Of a stretch of DNA of 31,209 nt, positions 26,811-31,209 are shown piece after piece; the first letter of the stretch is position 1, and each line of letters begins with the position of its first letter. Under the pieces are notes generated by a model that did no database searches, was not told where the DNA came from, and worked only from the letters and a program-made list of their open reading frames with translations. A program made the translations under genes and the position numbers. Location of the stretch: assembly GCA_963764725.1 (NCBI GenBank), contig CAVXTM010000017.1, forward strand, positions 1 through 31,209, given 5' to 3'. The DNA is from an uncultured Gammaproteobacteria bacterium. GTDB lineage: Bacteria; Pseudomonadota; Gammaproteobacteria; JACCXJ01.

Positions 26811-27059
26811 GTGCCGCAGCCATGGAAAAACGCATCGGATTGCCGGAGCAGAAACATGCATCAGGGATGCTGACAAGAAGCTGCCGAAATCACCCCTTCT
26901 TTTTCTTCGCAAAAATCGCGTTCCAGTTATCCTGCGGTGATACGCCCTGCGCGCGGCCCGGTAGCCGGCATCTCGGGTTCGGGAAAAGCGGGTGGCATAA
27001 ACTGCCGCCGCTTCCCATTTCCCTCCGCTGCGCCCCTTCGGCGGGTTCTGCGTTGGCGC

Positions 27060-27356
27060 TCAGTCGCAACGCCGCTCCCTGCGCGTGATCGTGCGCCCAT
27101 CGGGCCGCTCGATCCTGGTTGTCACCATGGGGCAGTCTCGCCGGGGACCGATGGTGATACCGCCTGGGCCGATACCGATGGTGGCATCTGAATCCCGCGA
27201 GCGATGGCTCCTTTGGTCACGGTCCCGCCCGACTTGAATATCGACACCTTGGGCCATCTTCAGATCTTGAGCTGCGGCCGGCATTGTGCCGCCGAACGGT
27301 GGGGCGGTCATCAGTACCGCCGCGGCTGCCGCCAGCGCGAAAGCGATTTTGATCAC
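27060..27356 (-). CDS. Small secreted hypothetical protein (Hyphomicrobiales-type, two Cys)
   Basis: AAAGGAG RBS before GTG 27356, signal peptide ending AAA-Q, then IGPGGITIGPRRDC..VTT..DGRTITRRERRCD. Confidence 0.75.
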   Translation of the reverse strand: MIKIAFALAAAAAVLMTAPPFGGTMPAAAQDLKMAQGVDIQVGRDRDQRSHRSRDSDATIGIGPGGITIGPRRDCPMVTTRIERPDGRTITRRERRCD

Positions 27357-27609
27357 GTGGGCTCCTTTGGGCGTTTGAGTTGTTGCATCGTCCGTTCTTT
27401 CGTTTTCACTCGCTGCGCTGCCTCGCAGCAGCCGCCCGTCCACCCTGCCCGAGCGCTCCTCTGGGAGGCATGGCCAGCAGAGCTTTCTCCATCACGTGAT
27501 GGCGTCTTGAGGTCCTTGGTGGAGTGCCGCGAGGTTGGCTTGCGCGTCGGGATCGTCCGGGGCCATCCGCTCGCCGTGCTGCGCTGCGCCGCGCCGCCCG
27601 CAACCCACC

Positions 27610-27840
27610 TCAGAGCCTAAGCCGCCGCAACGCACCGTCCGTTAGACGCTGACGGTTCCGCTCGCCTTGTGTGGCCATAGCGATAATGTGCTTAGCAAGT
27701 ACCGTGCGGGCTGCGTCGGCACTACCATTCAAGTAGGCCCCCGCGTCTACCCGCAGCCAAGCATCGTCCAACGCACCCGCCAGAACATGAAGAGTGTCGG
27801 GGTTGAAATGCACACCGGACTGTTCATTGAGAAGGATCAT
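27610..27840 (-). CDS. Small hypothetical protein (Bradyrhizobiaceae-type family)
   Basis: AAGGAG RBS; F.P.T..VL..ALDDAW...AR..LAK.II..A..GER...L...AL pattern. Confidence 0.75.
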   Translation of the reverse strand: MILLNEQSGVHFNPDTLHVLAGALDDAWLRVDAGAYLNGSADAARTVLAKHIIAMATQGERNRQRLTDGALRRLRL

Positions 27841-28328
27841 CTCATGCTCTCCTTCACTGACGATTTCAGTGCCAGATCACACGGGACGCTCAAATTGGTA
27901 GCCATGTCTGTATCGAATTGCTCACATGCTCCCCCGGCGAGCAATTGAATCATGACTTTGCCTCCCAACAGGGACCGAGCGGCAATCCTAGGCGGAACAA
28001 GTAGCCCCATGCAGCACCCACGCGAGATCGCTGCGGCAGCCGCCACGGCGAACACGATAACGCGACGTGTCCTGTCTTGAAGATAGAAAAGCCGGTCAGT
28101 CTGACTTCGATGGTCGCGAGCTGGATTGCCGACGACCCCGGTGAAAATCCAATCTGTAGATGTGAGCTATTCTGCCACTCAGACGTACCAGACGGACAAA
28201 GGCGTAAACGAATAGCAAATCGATACGCCATCGCAACGCGTTCGGTCTTCAATTCGACTTGCTGAACCGGAACCCATTCGGGTGTCCGTTGCCCTCGCTC
28301 CGAAACATGTCGGGCGAAAGGAACCACC

Positions 28329-28710
28329 ATGCAATTACCTCCAATCCTACAAGGCGAATCGCTTACTCGTCTACTGCAAGGGGCAGCCGCCGGTGCCGTC
28401 GCAACGATGTTTGTTGGCTTTTACTGGGGTGGCTGGTCGCTGGGCAGCACCGCTGACAAGATGGCAAAACAGCGCTCTTTTTGAGCTGGCGGTCGTAGCG
28501 GCGCTGGCACCCGTGTGCGCCGACAAATTCCGCGCCCTTCCGGACGCCGAGGCGAAGCAAGTCGCGATTTCGAAGGTCGATTCGTGGAAGCGTCGAGACG
28601 AATTCCCCAAGGAGTTCGTGACGCTCCCGGGTGAATCGTACCCGAACTCCGCCCTTGTGGAGGAGTGCTACACGTTGTTGCTTGCACCGAAGTCAGCCGA
28701 GCTCAAATGA
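28329..28710 (+). CDS. Conserved hypothetical membrane protein with a frameshift at a T5 run near 28480
   Basis: AAGGAA RBS. MQLPPILQGESLTRLLQGAAAGAVATMFVGFYWGGWSLGSTADKMAKQRS, then a frame change to ELAVVAALAPVCADKF...TLPGE. Confidence 0.7.
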
Positions 28711-28905
28711 GATACCCGCCACTGAGCGGAAACCCTTGCATCAGTTTTCCGTCGGCTGCTGGCGCGCGCGGCAAGCGGCCACTCACCACTGAGAGGGGTT
28801 ATGAACTCGCGCCTCACGGAGGCCGCACGACGTTTCACACAATGTCACAAAACCGCACACAGCTCGATCCGGCGGAGCGTGAATAGAAATCGATGGAGAA
28901 AAACA

Positions 28906-29149
28906 ATGCGAAAATCTTTGCGATTTGCTCTAGCAGCTGGATCGATGCTTATTTTTGCTTCGGCAGCGATCGCCCAAGATGCCCCGGTAAGACTTAGTCC
29001 GCTATTCCAGGTCCAACCGCAGATTGCCCAAGAGTACCCGCCATACTCATTACTACCCCCGATGATTTGGCGCGCGCCAGTTTTGCCGCACGCATGGGAC
29101 AAGCAAACAGTTGTGCCGTTCACATTGGAGGAGACGCGCGCCCCCGACC
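28906..29149 (+). CDS. Secreted hypothetical protein, 3'-truncated at the junction with leuD
   Basis: GGAG RBS and signal peptide MRKSLRFALAAGSMLIFASAAIA-Q. The frame runs into leuD sequence. Confidence 0.5.
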
Positions 29150-29487
29150 TCTTCGCGCGAGCACGCGCCGTGGGCCCTGCTCGACTACGGACTTCCGCGC
29201 GGTCGTCAGCACCGAGATCGCCGACATCTTCCGCAGCGACTCGCTCAAGAATGGCCTGCTGCCGATCGTCGTCGACGATGTGACGCACCGCTGGCTGCTC
29301 GAACATCCCCGGCGTGTCACTGCAGATCGATCTGCAGGCGAGCACGGTCACACTGCCCGACGGTACTGCAGTGGAGTTCCCGATCGAGGGGTTCGCGCGC
29401 TACTGCCTGCTGAACGGCGTCGACGAGCTGGGCTTCCTGCTGCAACAAGCCGGCACCATCGAGCGTTACGAGCAGAGACACGCATAG
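29150..29487 (+). pseudogene. leuD: 3-isopropylmalate dehydratase small subunit, 5'-truncated and frameshifted fragment
   Basis: SSREHAPWALLDYG / FRAVVSTEIADIFRSDSLKNGLLPIVV / IDLQASTVTLPDG..EFPIEGFARYCLLNGVDELGFLL. Confidence 0.88.
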
Positions 29488-29502
29488 GCGGTACCGGAGC
29501 GC

Positions 29503-30568
<1,066 letters not shown>

Positions 30569-30664
30569 CGACCTAACTATTTGAATTTACATAGGCCTGG
30601 ATAGCCTCGGTATACACCGAAGATTCTTACCCCAAAGCCGTTCCAGACCGGTTATGATTTCGCC

Positions 30665-30868
30665 GGCGCGGGTTTTCCGGATCTCTCGCGCCCCAAGCCT
30701 CCGGGCCCATTCTCCATGTCTCGACCCTCGCGGTCGGGGTATTTCTGGTGGAAACGGGACTCGTGTCGGGTTAGTCCCCAAGGTCGGTGTCGGCTCGTCG
30801 AGCCGACGTCGCCACGACAAAAGTTCTACGTTGCCACGTCCAGGCCGGCGTTTCGCCGGCCTGTTTTT
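30665..30868 (+). ncRNA. Candidate structured small RNA (unassigned)
   Basis: TATGAT at 30653, four consecutive stems, a long-range pairing and a terminal terminator, within a ~300-bp gap between convergent genes. Confidence 0.35.
30841..30868 (+). terminator. Rho-independent terminator
   Basis: CAGGCCGGCG-TTT-CGCCGGCCTG followed by TTTTT. Confidence 0.85.
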
Positions 30869-31209
30869 ATGTGTCGCTCGCTCCGGACTCTTGATCGATC
30901 CACTCGGCGTAGAACGGCGGCAGGTCCGTCGAAACGCGCGACTTAAAGTTCGGCGGGCGCTTCTCCAGGAACGCTCGCACGCCCTCCTTGCCGTCCTTCA
31001 CGCTCGTGTAGAAAACACCGAGCGAATCGATGCGATGCGCCTCGAACGGGATGCCGGCGGGGCGCCGTTGCGATACATCATCTGGCGCGTGAGCGCGATC
31101 GCGACCGGCGAACGGTTTTCGACGATGCGCCGTGCCAGCTGCCGCGCTTCGTCGAGCAGCCGATCTGCCGGATACACAGCCTTCACCAGGCCGCCGCGCT
31201 GCGCTTCTT
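30867..31209 (-). CDS. Enoyl-CoA hydratase/crotonase family protein, C-terminal part (frameshift near 31050)
   Basis: EAQRGGLVKAVYPADRLLDEARQLARRIVENRSPVAIALTRQMMYR / EAHRIDSLGVFYTSVKDGKEGVRAFLEKRPPNF..DLPPFYAEW..*. Confidence 0.85.
   Translation of the reverse strand, partial: RSAARRPGEGCVSGRSAARRSAAAGTAHRRKPFAGRDRAHAPDDVSQRRPAGIPFEAHRIDSLGVFYTSVKDGKEGVRAFLEKRPPNFKSRVSTDLPPFYAEWIDQESGASDT

Noticed and set aside
28269-28290. GGAAC...CGTT as an EcfG/sigma-T promoter
   Set aside because: The spacer is 13 bp, shorter than the expected 16-17 bp.

Overview
The window has three parts. (1) About 1-21.9 kb is a mostly minus-strand catabolic cluster of alphaproteobacterial style. It holds an amidase-signature amidase, a LIV-type ABC importer, a TRAP importer, a family III CoA-transferase coupled to a hydroxycinnamoyl-CoA hydratase-lyase, a NicD-like deformylase, two flavin reductases and an SDR. 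It also holds a CYP116-like P450 abutting a frameshifted PDR/VanB-type reductase (possibly one fusion gene), a NicX-like dioxygenase with altered substrate residues, an HpaB-family monooxygenase, a divergent MarR regulator and a UbiD decarboxylase. Five promoter regions carry an exact TACA-N3-TGTA palindrome and a sixth carries a degenerate copy, which suggests one regulon for an uncharacterised, probably N-heteroaromatic, substrate. (2) About 22.1-29.1 kb is an accessory region. It contains a prophage lysis remnant (two-catalytic-domain endolysin, holin-like genes), an IS3-family element with 3-bp target duplications that interrupts a small membrane gene, and small Hyphomicrobiales-type hypothetical genes. 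(3) At about 29.15 kb there is an abrupt junction into a 5'-truncated leuD, then leuB, a structured intergenic RNA candidate and the 3' end of a convergent crotonase. Single-base indels become frequent from 15 kb rightwards and look like long-read consensus errors. All family assignments and residue comparisons come from motif recognition and recall, not database searches.
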